Program-made: the position numbers and the translations under genes
From: an uncultured Chloroflexia bacterium
GTDB taxonomy: Bacteria > Chloroflexota > Limnocylindria > Limnocylindrales > CSP1-4
Direction of reading: 5' to 3'
Assembly (NCBI GenBank): GCA_963813305.1
Contig: CAWEYP010000012.1
Location: 11,601 to 75,600, forward strand
DNA length: 64,000 bases
The notes under the pieces: generated by a model
Database searches by the model: none
Told to the model about the DNA's origin: nothing
The model's input: the letters and a program-made list of their open reading frames with translations, nothing else
Part shown: piece by piece, positions 30,533 to 41,022 of the stretch
How positions within the stretch are numbered: position 1 is the first letter of the stretch
Layout: the number at the start of each line of letters is the position of its first letter

Positions 30533-30667
30533 GTGGTCTCCTCGTCTCTGGAACCGCCCCGGCCAGTATACGGACGGTCAGGCACCCTCCCGGCCATCGC
30601 ACCGGTCCAGGCGGCCGCCGACGGCGTCCCGAAGGACGGTCCGGCCGCGCCGGCCGCGAACCCCGAC

Positions 30668-31598
30668 GTGGCCCAGCCCCGGCGTGCCGCGGCCGACGGG
30701 CCGGCTCCCGCGATCGTCGTGGTCGGCGCCGCGTCCCGGGACCTCGACCCCGGCGACCCGCGCGGCTGGCGCCTCGGCGGCGGCGCCACCTACGGCGCGC
30801 TCGTCCTGGCCCGGCTGGGCCTCCGCGTCGGCGTCGTGCTCGGCGTGGACGCGCCCGCCGCCGATGCGCACGAGCTCGACCTCCTCCGCGACGCCGGCGC
30901 GGAGATCCACCCCGTCCGGCTGCCCGAGCGGCCCGGTCTTCCAGCTCGCCTACACGTCGGCGGGCAGGACCGTCCGGTGCGAGGATCCGGGCGGCCCCCT
31001 GCCGGTCGCGGCGCTCCCGCCGTCGTGGCGCGCCGCACCCGCCTGGTACCTCGCGCCCGTCGCCGACGAGCTCCCCGACGGCTGGGCCGCGATCCCGCCC
31101 GGCGCGGTCGTCGCGCTCGGCTGGCAGGGGCTGCTGCGCGACCTGCAGCGCGGCTCGCCGGTCCGCGCGCGATCCGCCGGTCCGCGGGCCCTCCTGCGGC
31201 GGGCCGACCTCGTGTCGGTGAGCGTCGAGGACCTGGACCCGGCCGTCGACCTGCGGGGCCTGCTGCGCCTGCTGCGGACCGGGACGCTCTGCACGCTGAC
31301 GCGCGGACCGCGCGGTGGCGTCGCGTTCACGGTCCGCCCGGGCACGCCGCGCATGCGCTCGTTCCCGGCGCTCCCGAGCGGCGGCGAGGTCGACACGACG
31401 GGGGCCGGCGATGCCTTCCTGGCGGCCCTGCTGGCGGCCCGGATCGCACCGGCGCTGGCCGGCCGCCAGCCGCACCTCCCGGCGGCCCTGAGGTTCGCCG
31501 CCGCGGTCGCCGCGGTCCACGTGGGCGGCCTCGGCCTCGCCGGCGTGCCGACGCTGGTCCAGGTCCGGGACGCCCTCAGGCGGCCCCTGCCGGGCTGA
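30668..31598 (+). pseudogene. PfkB-family carbohydrate/nucleoside kinase, one frameshift near 30935; start uncertain
   Basis: The N-terminus is AIVVVGAASRDL. The PfkB signature is EVDTTGAGDAFLAALLA. The 3' end overlaps the convergent mrfB-like gene by 23 nt. Confidence 0.7.
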
Positions 31599-32913
31599 CG
31601 GCCGCCACCGCCGGACGCCCCGCCCGCCGCAGTCGTCGCAGCAGCCGCCGCCGGCGGATCGCCAGCGCGGCCTCGAGCGCCGGCTCAGGCGCGTCGAGCG
31701 AGCGCAGCCAGTCCAGCAGTCGTTCGGCGGCCGCGGTCGCGTCGAGCGCGCCGGCCGGATCGCGCAGGAGGTGCTCGCGGAGCTTGGCCACCTCGACCCA
31801 GGCGCGCACGGCGTCGGTGCGACCACCCCGGGCGATCGCCTCCCAGGTCGTGACGGCCTCGTCGTGGCGACCCATGCGGCGGAGCGTCCGGGCCCGCTCG
31901 GAGCGGATCTGCTCGCTCGAGACGGTGGTCGGCGCCGGCAGCGGCGCCCCGTACGGCCATGCCGGGGATCCGAGCGCCGGCGGCCGCCAGCGCGCCTCGG
32001 CCGCGTCGAGGCAGCCGAGGGCGTCCTCGAACCGCCTCTCGCGGGCGTACCCCCGCGCCAGCGCGAACAGGTCACCTGCGGGCGCGAACGGGCGGCGGTC
32101 GGCGTCGGCGTAGTGCACGTCCAGGTGTCGGAGGAGGCGCGCCAGGGACCGGACGTCCTCTGCGTTGTGGGTCACGATGGCCGCGATCGGCTCGGCCGGC
32201 CCGCCCCGCACGAACGCCAGGAAGCGATCCGGGATCTCCCAGCCGGCCACGTCCTCCTCGCGGTGGACGTCGAGCATCTCCCGCTCGACGGTCTGCAGCC
32301 GGGCATCGCCCAGGCGGTGCCGGAAGAGCCGGCGGACGTGCGGCAGCAGGTCGAGGTGGCCCGCGTGCGCGGGCGCATCCCGCCGCAGCAGCCGGTAGCG
32401 CGTCGTCAGCAGCGGCCAGTCGAAGCCGCGCCCGTTGTACGTCACCAGCCACGCCTCGGGAGGGATCGCGGCCTCGACGGCCGCCAGGAGCGCCGGCTCG
32501 TCGCCGTGGTCGGGGCAGAGCAGCTGGAGCTGCTGGAACCGGTCGCCCACCCACCAGCCGAGGCCGACGAGGAACGCGAGCGTGCCGGCGCCGCTGCCGA
32601 GGCCGGTGGTCTCCGTGTCGAGGCAGACGAGCGGCACGTCGGGCGGCGGCTGGCCCGGCAGCGTCGCGAGGCGGGGTCGCTCGAGCGGGATCGTGGCCGT
32701 CGGCGGCTCGACCCGGACGACGTACCCGGCGGCCGTCCGGACGACCTCGCCATCCACGGCCGCGGCGAGCCGCTCCGCGAGCTCGGCGCCCCGGGGCCGG
32801 GGGAGGGGAGCGATGGCCGCGGGTGGCGCGGAGCCCTCGTCCGCCCGGCGCCTCGCCGCCGCTCCCGCCCGCAGGAGCGCCAGCCGCCGGGCGATCGTGG
32901 CGGCGTCGCTCAC
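31576..32913 (-). CDS. mrfB: DnaQ/RNase-H-fold 3'-5' exonuclease with a C-terminal TPR-like domain (MrfB/YprB-like)
   Basis: GTG 32913 overlaps the helicase stop (GTGA). DEDD motifs are LVCLDTETTGL, LVTYNGRGFDWPLL and VTHNAEDVRSL. The C-terminal half is helical-repeat-like. Confidence 0.7.
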   Translation of the reverse strand: MSDAATIARRLALLRAGAAARRRADEGSAPPAAIAPLPRPRGAELAERLAAAVDGEVVRTAAGYVVRVEPPTATIPLERPRLATLPGQPPPDVPLVCLDTETTGLGSGAGTLAFLVGLGWWVGDRFQQLQLLCPDHGDEPALLAAVEAAIPPEAWLVTYNGRGFDWPLLTTRYRLLRRDAPAHAGHLDLLPHVRRLFRHRLGDARLQTVEREMLDVHREEDVAGWEIPDRFLAFVRGGPAEPIAAIVTHNAEDVRSLARLLRHLDVHYADADRRPFAPAGDLFALARGYARERRFEDALGCLDAAEARWRPPALGSPAWPYGAPLPAPTTVSSEQIRSERARTLRRMGRHDEAVTTWEAIARGGRTDAVRAWVEVAKLREHLLRDPAGALDATAAAERLLDWLRSLDAPEPALEAALAIRRRRLLRRLRRAGRPAVAAVSPAGAA

Positions 32914-35250
32914 GCCACGGCCGTCGACGTGATCGGGGTCGCGGCCGGCGCCCCGAGGTCGGCGAGGAGCCGCAGGGCGAGCCGCCGGGCATCGAGCTCC
33001 GCCTCCGCCCCGGCCGGGCGGGGCCCGGTGCAGGACGGGCAGCCGGTCTCGCAGCCGCAGGCGGCGATCAGGTCGGCGGCGCCCGCCACGAGGTCGTCGT
33101 GGCGGCGCCAGAGCCGCTCGGCCATGCCGACGCCGCCCGGCACCGCCTCGTACAGGTAGATCGTGGGCGCCTCCGCGTGCGGCGAGCGGACCTGGGTGAC
33201 GAGACCGAGGTCCCGCGGGTCGACCATCAGGAGCACGCTCGCGACGGTCTGCATCGCCCGGCCCGCGCCGAGCAGCGCGACGTCGAGCTCCTCGCGCCGC
33301 CACGGCCCGCGCAGGCCGTCCGCGGCGACCCAGTAGGCGGTCGTCTGGAGCTCGATCTCCGGCAGGTCGATCGGCCCCCAGCCGACGTTCTCGTCGGTGC
33401 CGAACTTGAGCTTCTTGTAGAAGGTGACGAGGCTGGCGACCATCACCTCGCCGTGCAGGCGGCGGCCACCCGTGACCGGCGCCTCGGCGAAGACGTCGAG
33501 CGGCTTGAGGGTCACGGCCCGGTTCGCGTACGTGTAGTGATCGGCGTCGATGCGGTGGACGTACGCCTTGCGCTCGCCCCACTCGAGCCGGTCGACGTGG
33601 TACTGGGCCGACTCGTGCATGTAGATGGCGTGCTGGTGGACGAGCACCTGGGCGGAGAACAGGTCGACCTCGCCCAGCACGCGCGGGCGGTCCGGCGTGG
33701 TGTCGATGATCACGACGTTCTCGGGGGCGGCGGTGCGCAGCGAGATCTCCGAGGCGGGGAAGTTCTCCGAGCTCCAGTACCAGCGGCCGTCGTCGCCCTG
33801 GTGCACGTGCCCGCTCTCGGCGAGGAAGGCCAGCAGGTCGTCGACGGGCGCCGGCCCGAAGACCTCGCCGGGCTCGAACGGCATCTCGAAGGTGGCCGCC
33901 CGCAGGTGCGCGAGGAGGACGTGGAGGTTGTCGGGGTCGATCCGGGCCTCCTCCGGCGGCTGGTCGAGGAGGAACTCGGGGTGGTGGACGACGTACTGGT
34001 CCACGGGTGCGGCCGACGCGACCAGGATCGCGGCGAGACGGTCCTGGCGCCGCCCGGCGCGCCCGATCTGCTGCCAGGTCGCGGCGATCGAGCCGGGGTA
34101 TCCCGCCAGGACGGAGACGTCGAGGCGCCCGATGTCCACGCCGAGCTCGAGCGCGTTGGTGCTCACGACGCCCATCACCTCGCCGTCGCGAAGCCCGGCC
34201 TCGATCGCACGGCGCTCCGGCGGCAGGTAGCCGCCCCGGTAGCCGCGGACCCGGGTGCGCGGCCCGTGGTGCTGGCGAAGGGCCTCGCGGAGGCCTGTCA
34301 GCACGACCTCCACGGCCGTCCGGGAGCGGGCGAAGACGATCGTCTGTCGGCCGGCCCGGATGAACGGGAGCGCCCAGCTGCTGGGCGAGCGTCAGCGCGG
34401 AGCCGCGCGCGCCCGACGCGGCATCGATCACCGGCGTGTCGACGAACAGGACGTGCCGCTCGCCGCTCGGCGCCCCGTTGCGGTCGACGACGACCGGGGC
34501 CCGGCCGGTGAGGAGGGTCGCCAGCTCGCCCGGGTTGGCGATCGTGGCCGAGCAGGTGACGATCACCGGATGGGAGCCGTAGTGCGCGCAGAGCCGCAGG
34601 AGCCGGCGGATGACGTTGGCGACGTGGCTCCCGAAGAGCCCGCGGTACGTGTGCAGCTCGTCGATGACGATCACCCGGACCTGCTCGAAGAGCTGGAACC
34701 ACTTCGTGTGGTGCGGGAGGATCGCCGCGTGGAGCATGTCGGGGTTCGTCACCACGACCTGGCCGGCGGTCCGGATCGACGAACGGATCGGCGTCGGGGT
34801 GTCCCCGTCGTAGGTTGCCGTCGCGATCGCCAGCCCCGCCGCCTGCGTCAGCTCGCGGAACGCCGTGACCTGGTCCTCGCCGAGCGCCTTGGTGGGGAAC
34901 AGCCAGAGCGCCCGCGCGGCAGGATCCTCGGTCAGGGCCTGGAGGACGGGCAGCTCGTAGCACAGGCTCTTGCCCGACGCCGTCGGCGTCACGACGCAGA
35001 CGTCGCGGCCGGCCCGGACGGCCTCCAGGGCCTCCGCCTGGTGGGTGTACAGAGCGTCGATCTCCCGGGCGGCGAGCGCGGCGCGGATCCGGGGATCCAG
35101 CCAGCCGGGAAAGGGCGCGGTGACGGCGCCGCGCGCAGGCTCGACGGCGTGGTGCAGCACGCCCCGCGCGAGCGACGGCTCTTCCAGGGCACGGGCAAGG
35201 ACGGCCTCGACGTCGGCGGGGGCATACGTTCGCATCGCGGGTTGCCTCAT
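32910..35250 (-). pseudogene. mrfA: DEAD/DEAH-box helicase with a C-terminal DUF1998 zinc domain (MrfA/YprA-like), one frameshift near 34375
   Basis: Motifs are VVTPTASGKSLCYELP, VVIDELHTYRG and VTCSATIANP. In the second frame come VSTNALELGVDIG, QQIGRAGRR and the DUF1998 Cys cluster ACGCETGCPSC. ATG 35235 is an alternative start. Confidence 0.8.
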
Positions 35251-35257
35251 GGAAGAA

Positions 35258-35271
35258 CGAACAGGTGTTCG
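35258..35271 (-). promoter_or_regulatory. LexA (Cheo-type) SOS box CGAAC-AGGT-GTTCG
   Basis: The arms form a perfect GAAC-N4-GTTC palindrome with the C/G flanks of the Gram-positive/actinobacterial consensus. It lies 8 nt upstream of ATG 35250 and just downstream of the predicted -10. I found no other GAAC-N4-GTTC in the window. Confidence 0.6.
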
Positions 35272-35282
35272 AAATGGCGGCG

Positions 35283-35291
35283 AGTGTAGCA
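35283..35291 (-). promoter_or_regulatory. Extended -10 promoter element TGcTACACT for the mrfA-like operon
   Basis: The minus strand reads agTGcTACACT. The hexamer ends 11 nt before the SOS box. Confidence 0.45.
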
Positions 35292-35398
35292 CTCCGTGGG
35301 GAGCACGGATGGCGGCAGGTTGCACGCACGGCGTGCCACCTCGTCTGGCACGCGCCGCTGCGGTTGACACTCCGTGCGTGCGCAGCTACGCTTCCCGA

Positions 35399-35920
35399 AT
35401 GCCGCGGCACCCCAGCCCAGCACCCCACGAGCCAACGGCGTCGACGACACCGGACGACGCGCCCGCGATTGCCGCCCCCGAGGCCGGAGACACCGCGCCG
35501 TCGCCGTCCCTGGCGGGCCTCGGGATCGCCGGGATCTCGCGGCGGCGGATCGCCTGGGTCGCGGTCGTCGCCCTCGCCGCCTGGATCGTCGTTGCCTTCG
35601 CGGGCCAGGCGGCCGCGGCCTCCCAGGCGACGGCGGACGTCGCCGCGGATCGGGCGCGGAACGCGGCGGCCGCCGCGAAGACCGAGGCGCTGCGCCGCGA
35701 GCTGGCGCTCGTCACGCAGGAGCGCTGGGTCCTCCAGCAGGCGCGCGCCTACCAGCTCGGATCGCGCAAGGAGCGCCCCGTCGCGCTTGCGCCGGGCGCA
35801 CCGTCGCTGGCGCCGGACGCACCCGGCTCGCCGGCGCGCCGGCTCGGCGCCGACGAGGAGGCGCCGACGCCCCTCGAGTCGTGGCTCGAGGTCCTCTTCG
35901 GGCCCGGCCCGGATCGCTGA
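35399..35920 (+). CDS. FtsB/DivIC-like septum-formation-initiator family protein (tentative)
   Basis: It has a single TM helix (IAWVAVVALAAWIVVAF), then a coiled-coil stretch, then the motif WVLQQARAYQLGSRKERPVAL that resembles the family. Confidence 0.5.
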   Translation: MPRHPSPAPHEPTASTTPDDAPAIAAPEAGDTAPSPSLAGLGIAGISRRRIAWVAVVALAAWIVVAFAGQAAAASQATADVAADRARNAAAAAKTEALRRELALVTQERWVLQQARAYQLGSRKERPVALAPGAPSLAPDAPGSPARRLGADEEAPTPLESWLEVLFGPGPDR

Positions 35921-35959
35921 CGGGCCTGGGCATCCGGGGAGGCCGGCCGGACCATGGTC

Positions 35960-35965
35960 TATACT
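35960..35965 (+). promoter_or_regulatory. -10-like hexamer TATACT, 10 nt upstream of the tRNA
   Basis: ggtcTATACTtggccgccgtGGCAGGG. Confidence 0.45.
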
Positions 35966-35975
35966 TGGCCGCCGT

Positions 35976-36050
35976 GGCAGGGTAGCTCAGCGGCAGAGCA
36001 AGCGGCTCATAATCGCTAGGTCACAGGTTCGAATCCTGTCCCTGCTACCA
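35976..36050 (+). tRNA. tRNA with anticodon CAU (elongator Met, or Ile2 if lysidinylated), CCA encoded
   Basis: GGCAGGGTAGCTCAGCGGCAGAGCAAGCGGCTCATAATCGCTAGGTCACAGGTTCGAATCCTGTCCCTGCTACCA folds as a cloverleaf. The acceptor pairs GGCAGGG with CCCTGCT, the T-loop is GGTTCGAATCC, and the anticodon loop is CTCATAA. It lacks the initiator-type features (1-72 mismatch, GGG/CCC anticodon stem). Confidence 0.9.
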
Positions 36051-36066
36051 CCCCGTCTCCCATCCT

Positions 36067-36086
36067 GGCCGGCCCCCGGGCCGGCC
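36067..36086. terminator. GC hairpin between the convergent tRNA and methyltransferase genes (bidirectional terminator candidate)
   Basis: GGCCGGCC-cccg-GGCCGGCC forms an 8-bp stem and is followed by TCTTC. Confidence 0.5.
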
Positions 36087-36119
36087 TCTTCGCGCCCGGC
36101 GGCCCGCGCTCGAACGCGG

Positions 36120-37280
36120 TTAGCTGTGAGACGTATGGAGGGGCGGGTCGCCCCGCTCGAGGACCACTTCGAAGAAGTCCCTGCTCAGCTCCCAGCGCGG
36201 GTAGCGTCCCAGGACGTGATGGAACCGCTCGTAGAGCTCCTCGTCGAGGGGCGTCTCGCGGAACCTCAGGGCGAGGATGCGGAACCCGACCTCCCGGAAG
36301 TAGGCCTCGTAGTGGGCCCAGGTGAGCCGGTTGACCCAGGCGGCCCCATCGACCTCGACCCCGCGGCGGGCCAGCGCGTCGGCGATCACGTCGTCGCTGA
36401 AGAGCAGGTGGGGGAACGGGAACAGGATGTGGCGGTACAGGTGCGAGGCCTGGGGACCCCGGTGGAGGTTCGCCTTCATCCAGAAGAGGCCGCCCGGGCG
36501 CAGCACCCGGTGCGTCTCGACGAGCATCCGGTACGGGTGCTCGATGTGCTCCCAGGCCGTGAACGACATGGCGCGATCGAAGGTCCTCTCGGCGAACGGG
36601 TTGCTCGCGGCCATGTCGACAACCTGGAGGTGGACGCGCTCGCCGGCGAGCGCCTCCCAGGACCGGCGCTCCACGACGTCGATGCCCCAGGCGTCGGCGC
36701 CGAGGCTGCTGGCGGCGTACCAGAGCTCGTAGCCGCCGCCGCAGCCGATCTCGAGGACGGTCTTGTCGCGCAGGTCGGTCGCCCGGTGGACGGCGCGCAG
36801 GCGCGCGATCGCCGACGCGAGCATCGCCTCGTGGTCGTAGCGGCGCGGCTCCGGGACCAGGGGGCGGGACGCGTACTCCGCGTTGAGCTGCTCGAAGAGG
36901 TCGACGTCGTAGCGGATGCGCGGGACAACCGGCAGGATGGTCCGGACGATGTGCATCGGCTCCTCGACGACCGGCGGGGGCGGCAGCTCGGCGGGCAGCG
37001 GCTCGGGGGCCGGCCGTGGCTTGTGGACGATGGGGATCACGCCCCATGACGTGGCGGGCGGTGGTGGCGGCGCCGGCAGCACGCCGCGGTCGAGCCGCGT
37101 CGCGATCCGCAGAAGGCTCCGGGCGAAGGCGTGCCGGACGCGCCGGACGGCCCGGGCGACGCGACGGACGGCCCGGGCGACGGGCCGGAGCACGGGCGCC
37201 AGCGGCGACGACCGGAGGCGACCGCGCAGCCGAGCGGAACGGCCGGCGCGGGACGGGGGTCGGTCCGATGCGGAGGTCAC
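36120..37280 (-). CDS. Class I SAM-dependent methyltransferase with an Arg/Pro-rich N-terminal extension
   Basis: Intact ORF. Motif I is VLEIGCGGGYELWY, then VVDMAASNPF and LRPGGLFWMK. An alternative start is ATG 36956 (MHIVRT), preceded by GAGGAG. Confidence 0.75.
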   Translation of the reverse strand: MTSASDRPPSRAGRSARLRGRLRSSPLAPVLRPVARAVRRVARAVRRVRHAFARSLLRIATRLDRGVLPAPPPPPATSWGVIPIVHKPRPAPEPLPAELPPPPVVEEPMHIVRTILPVVPRIRYDVDLFEQLNAEYASRPLVPEPRRYDHEAMLASAIARLRAVHRATDLRDKTVLEIGCGGGYELWYAASSLGADAWGIDVVERRSWEALAGERVHLQVVDMAASNPFAERTFDRAMSFTAWEHIEHPYRMLVETHRVLRPGGLFWMKANLHRGPQASHLYRHILFPFPHLLFSDDVIADALARRGVEVDGAAWVNRLTWAHYEAYFREVGFRILALRFRETPLDEELYERFHHVLGRYPRWELSRDFFEVVLERGDPPLHTSHS

Positions 37281-37478
37281 GTCGGAATGCTACCGGGCGC
37301 GGGAACATCCGCGGCGCGGCCGCATGCGTAAGGGACGGTGACGCAGCGCGCCCGGGCCGGCGCTCCCCGCCGGGAGCCCTCGAAAGGGCGGGACGTCGAC
37401 GCGGGATATACTCGTCTGGAAGCCGTCCGGAGCGCCGGCGGCTCCGCTGCCCCGGAGGCCAGGTTGAACGGAAAGTTC

Positions 37479-39371
37479 ATGCGCAACGGCATCGTGATGC
37501 TCGTCCTCGTGGTGGGCACCGTGGCGTTGCTGTACACGTTCCTGATGTCGTCGCCGAGCGACACGTCGGTGCCCTACTCGACATTCCTCGGCAACGTGTC
37601 GAAGGGCGACGTCAAGGAAGTCGCCCAGCAGGACCTGCGGCTCAACGTGACGCCCACCGACGGCACCAAGTACACCGTGGTCGTCCCGGGCATCGGCTTC
37701 ACCGACGTCTACGGCGACGTGCTGAAGGCGGCCGAGGCCGGCGGCCAGGACCGCGTCGTCGATCATCTTCTCGGGCATCGAGGCGTCCCAGACCGGGCAG
37801 TGGATCAGCCTGCTCGTCGGCGCGCTGCTGCCGGTGCTGCTGATCGGCGGGTTCCTCTTCTTCATGATGCGCCAGGCCCAGGGCACGAACAACCAGGCCA
37901 TGAGCTTCGGCAAGAGCCGGGCCCGGATGTTCCTCGGCAACAAGACCGTCGTCACGTTCGCGGACGTGGCCGGCGTCGACGAGGCGAAGACGGAGCTCCA
38001 GGAGGTCGTGGAGTTCCTCAAGTACCCCGAGAAGTTCAACTCCCTCGGCGCCCGCATCCCGCGCGGCGTCCTCCTCGTGGGCCCTCCGGGCACGGGCAAG
38101 ACCCTGATGGCCCGCGCGGTCGCCGGCGAGGCCGGGGTGCCCTTCTTCAGCATCTCCGGCTCCGAGTTCGTCGAGATGTTCGTCGGCGTCGGCGCGAGCC
38201 GCGTCCGCGACCTCTTCGACCAGGCCAAGCGCAACGCCCCGTGCATCGTCTTCGTCGACGAGATCGACGCGGTCGGCCGGCAGCGCGGCGCGGGCCTCGG
38301 CGGCAGCCACGACGAGCGCGAGCAGACCCTCAACCAGATCCTGGTCGAGATGGACGGCTTCGACACGAACACCAACGTGATCGTCGTCGCCGCCACGAAC
38401 CGGCCGGACGTCCTCGATCCGGCCCTTCTCCGGCCCGGCCGCTTCGACCGCCAGGTCATCCTCGACCGCCCCGACATGAAGGGCCGCGTCGAGATCCTGC
38501 GGGTCCACACGAAGGGCAAGCCCCTCGACAAGGCCATCGCCATCGAGGACGTCGCCAAGCAGTCGCCCGGCTTCTCCGGGCGCCGACCTCGCGAACCTCG
38601 TGAACGAGTCGGCGATCCTCGCCGCCCGCCGCAACAAGAAGCTCATCGGGATGTCCGAGTTCCAGGAGGCCCTGGAGCGGATCGTGGCCGGCCCCGAGCG
38701 CAAGAGCCGGGTCATCTCCGACGCCGAGAAGCTGATCATCGCCTACCACGAGGGCGGTCACGCGGTCGTGCAGCGGATCCTGCCCAAGTGCGACCCGGTC
38801 AGCAAGGTCACGATCATCAGCCGCGGCATGGCCCTCGGCTACACGATGGCCCTGCCCGCAGGAGGACCGCTACCTCCAGAGCAAGACCGAGTTCGAGGAC
38901 AAGATCGCCGGCATGCTCGGCGGCAACGCCGCGGAGCGCCTCGTCTTCGGCGACACGACGACGGGCGCCAGCAACGACATCGAGAAGGCCACCGACCTGG
39001 CCCGCCGGATGGTCACCGAGTTCGGCATGAGCGATCGGATGGGGCCGCGGGCCTACGGCAAGCGCGAGGAGATGATCTTCCTCGGCCGCGAGATCGGCGA
39101 GCAGCGCAACTACTCGGACGACGTCGCGCGCCAGATCGACGAGGAGGTCCGGAGCATCATCGAGACCGCCTACGCCCGTGCCCAGGACGTCCTGACGGCC
39201 ACCGGGACAAGCTCGACAAGCTCGCCGAGACGCTCGTCGAGAAGGAGACGCTCGACGGCCTGGAGTTCGAGGCGCTCTTCTCGGACCTGCCGCCGAAGGA
39301 GCCGATCCACGGCGTCGTCCCGAAGCTGGCCGAAGGGCCGGCCGCCGGAGCCGACGGCCCAGCCGGCCTGA
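37479..39371 (+). pseudogene. ftsH: ATP-dependent zinc metalloprotease FtsH, at least 5 frameshifts
   Basis: It opens with the TM helix [21 protein letters not shown]. Motifs are [31 protein letters not shown], the SRH region, and the Zn site [10 protein letters not shown]. The pieces lie in three frames. The most plausible stop is TGA 39369-39371, just before a strong hairpin. Confidence 0.9.
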
Positions 39372-39392
39372 CCACGCACAACCGCGTACGAC

Positions 39393-39420
39393 CGAGGGGC
39401 GGGCTCCGGCCCGCCCCTCG
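39393..39420 (+). terminator. Perfect 12-bp GC hairpin downstream of ftsH (terminator candidate with no U tract)
   Basis: CGAGGGGCGGGC-tccg-GCCCGCCCCTCG. Confidence 0.55.
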
Positions 39421-39505
39421 GCGCGCTCGGGCCGCCGTTGCCCCGGCCCAGCGCCGATAATGCCGGCGCACCCGGGTGGTTCCGGGCCCCCAGCGGAGAC
39501 GTGCC

Positions 39506-40900
39506 GTGACCTCCTCCCTCGTCGACGTCGAGGCGTATCTCGATTGCCACCGCGGGGCAGCGCGGCTGGAGCGCTACCTGCAGTTCCTGCGCATCCCGAG
39601 CATCAGCGGGATCCCCGAGCACGCCCCCGACTGCCGGCGGGCGGCCGAGCAGCTGGCCGGCGACCTGGGGGCCGTCGGGATGGAGCACGTGGAGGTCGCG
39701 CGAGACCGGCGGCCATCCCGATGGTGTACGCGGACTGGCTCCACGCGGAGGGCGCGCCGACGGTCCTCCTCTACGGGCACTACGACGTGCAGCCGGTCGA
39801 CCCGCTCGACGAGTGGGAGGCCGCGCCGTTCGAGCCGATCGTGCGCGACGGGCGTGTCCTCGCCCGCGGGGCATCCGACGACAAGTGGAACATCGCCGTG
39901 GCCGTGGCCGCCGTGGAGGCGCTCCTCGCCACGCGGGGCGCGCTCCCGCTCAACCTCAAGCTCGTCTTCGAGGGCGAGGAGGAGTCGAGCTCCGTCCATC
40001 TCGACCCGTGGCTGACGGCCAACGCGGCCCGCCTCGCCGCCGACGTGGCGCTGGTCGCCGACTCGGGCTTCTTCGAGGGCAATCTGCCGGCGATCACGGT
40101 GGGGCTTCGCGGCATCTGCGCGGCCGAGATCCACGTCCGGGGCCCGTTCCAGGACGTCCACTCCGGGCGTCAACGGCGGCGTCATCGAGAACCCGATCAA
40201 CGCGCTGGCGGCGATCATCGCGCGCCTGAAGGGTCCCGACGGCCGGATCCGGATCCCGGGCTTCTACGACGACGTCGTGACGCTCTCGCCGGCCGACCGC
40301 GAGGCGCTGGCCGCGCTCCCGTTCGACGAGGAGGTCTACCGCGCGGCCCTCGACGTCCCGGCGCTCGCCGGCGAGACGGGCTGGACGACCCTGGAGCGCC
40401 GCGGGGCCCGCCCGACGTTCGACGTGAACGGGATCTGGGGCGGCTTCTCCGGCGAGGGAAGCAAGACGATCATCCCCGGGCGGGCGTCCGCCAAGGTGAC
40501 CTGCCGGCTCGTCGCCGACCAGGACCCGGAGCGCGATCTTCGCGCCTCCTGCGGGACCATGTCCTGGCGATCGCCCCGCCGGGCGTCCGCGTCGAGGTCG
40601 TCTACCAGGGCGGGGGTCGCCCGACCCTGACGCCCACCGACCACCCGGCCACGCGCGCCTACGCCCGGGCGCTCGAGGCGACGTTCGGCCGGCCCCCGCT
40701 CTTCGTCCGCGAGGGTGGCTCGATCCCGGTGGCCGCAAGCTTCGCGTCGATCGTCGGCCTGCCGGTCACGGTCATGGGGTTCATGCCGCCCGAACGGCAA
40801 CTTCCACGCCCCGAACGAGTGGATGGACCTCGCCAACCTCGAGGGCGGCATCCGGGCGCTGGTCCGGTTCTTCGACGAGTTCGCCTCCGCGCCCGCCTGA
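39506..40900 (+). pseudogene. M20/M25/M40-family dipeptidase, at least 4 frameshifts
   Basis: GTG 39506 follows GGAGA, and GATAAT lies at 39456-39461. Motifs are LLYGHYDVQPVDPLDEW, ARGASDDKW, LKLVFEGEEESSS, VNGIWGGFSGEGSKTIIP and REGGSIPV. The C-terminus is NFHAPNEWMDLANLEGGIRALVRFFDEF*. Confidence 0.8.
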
Positions 40901-41022
40901 CCCGGTCGGCTGGGGGGTCGGGGATGGTACTCCGGTAGGGTGTTCGGCGCCCGCACGGGTGCTAGGATCCGGGTACGGGGGCCTGCCCCGCCGTCCGCTA
41001 CGCCAGGGGAGCGAGTGCACGC

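Noticed and set aside
31576-35370. A 1264-aa single ORF suggesting a fused helicase-exonuclease protein.
   Set aside because: The middle third is Arg/Pro-rich nonsense. The real helicase C-terminal half (VSTNALELGVDIG...DUF1998) is in another frame (32910-34313) and ends with a GTGA overlap onto the exonuclease start. These are two genes plus one frameshift.
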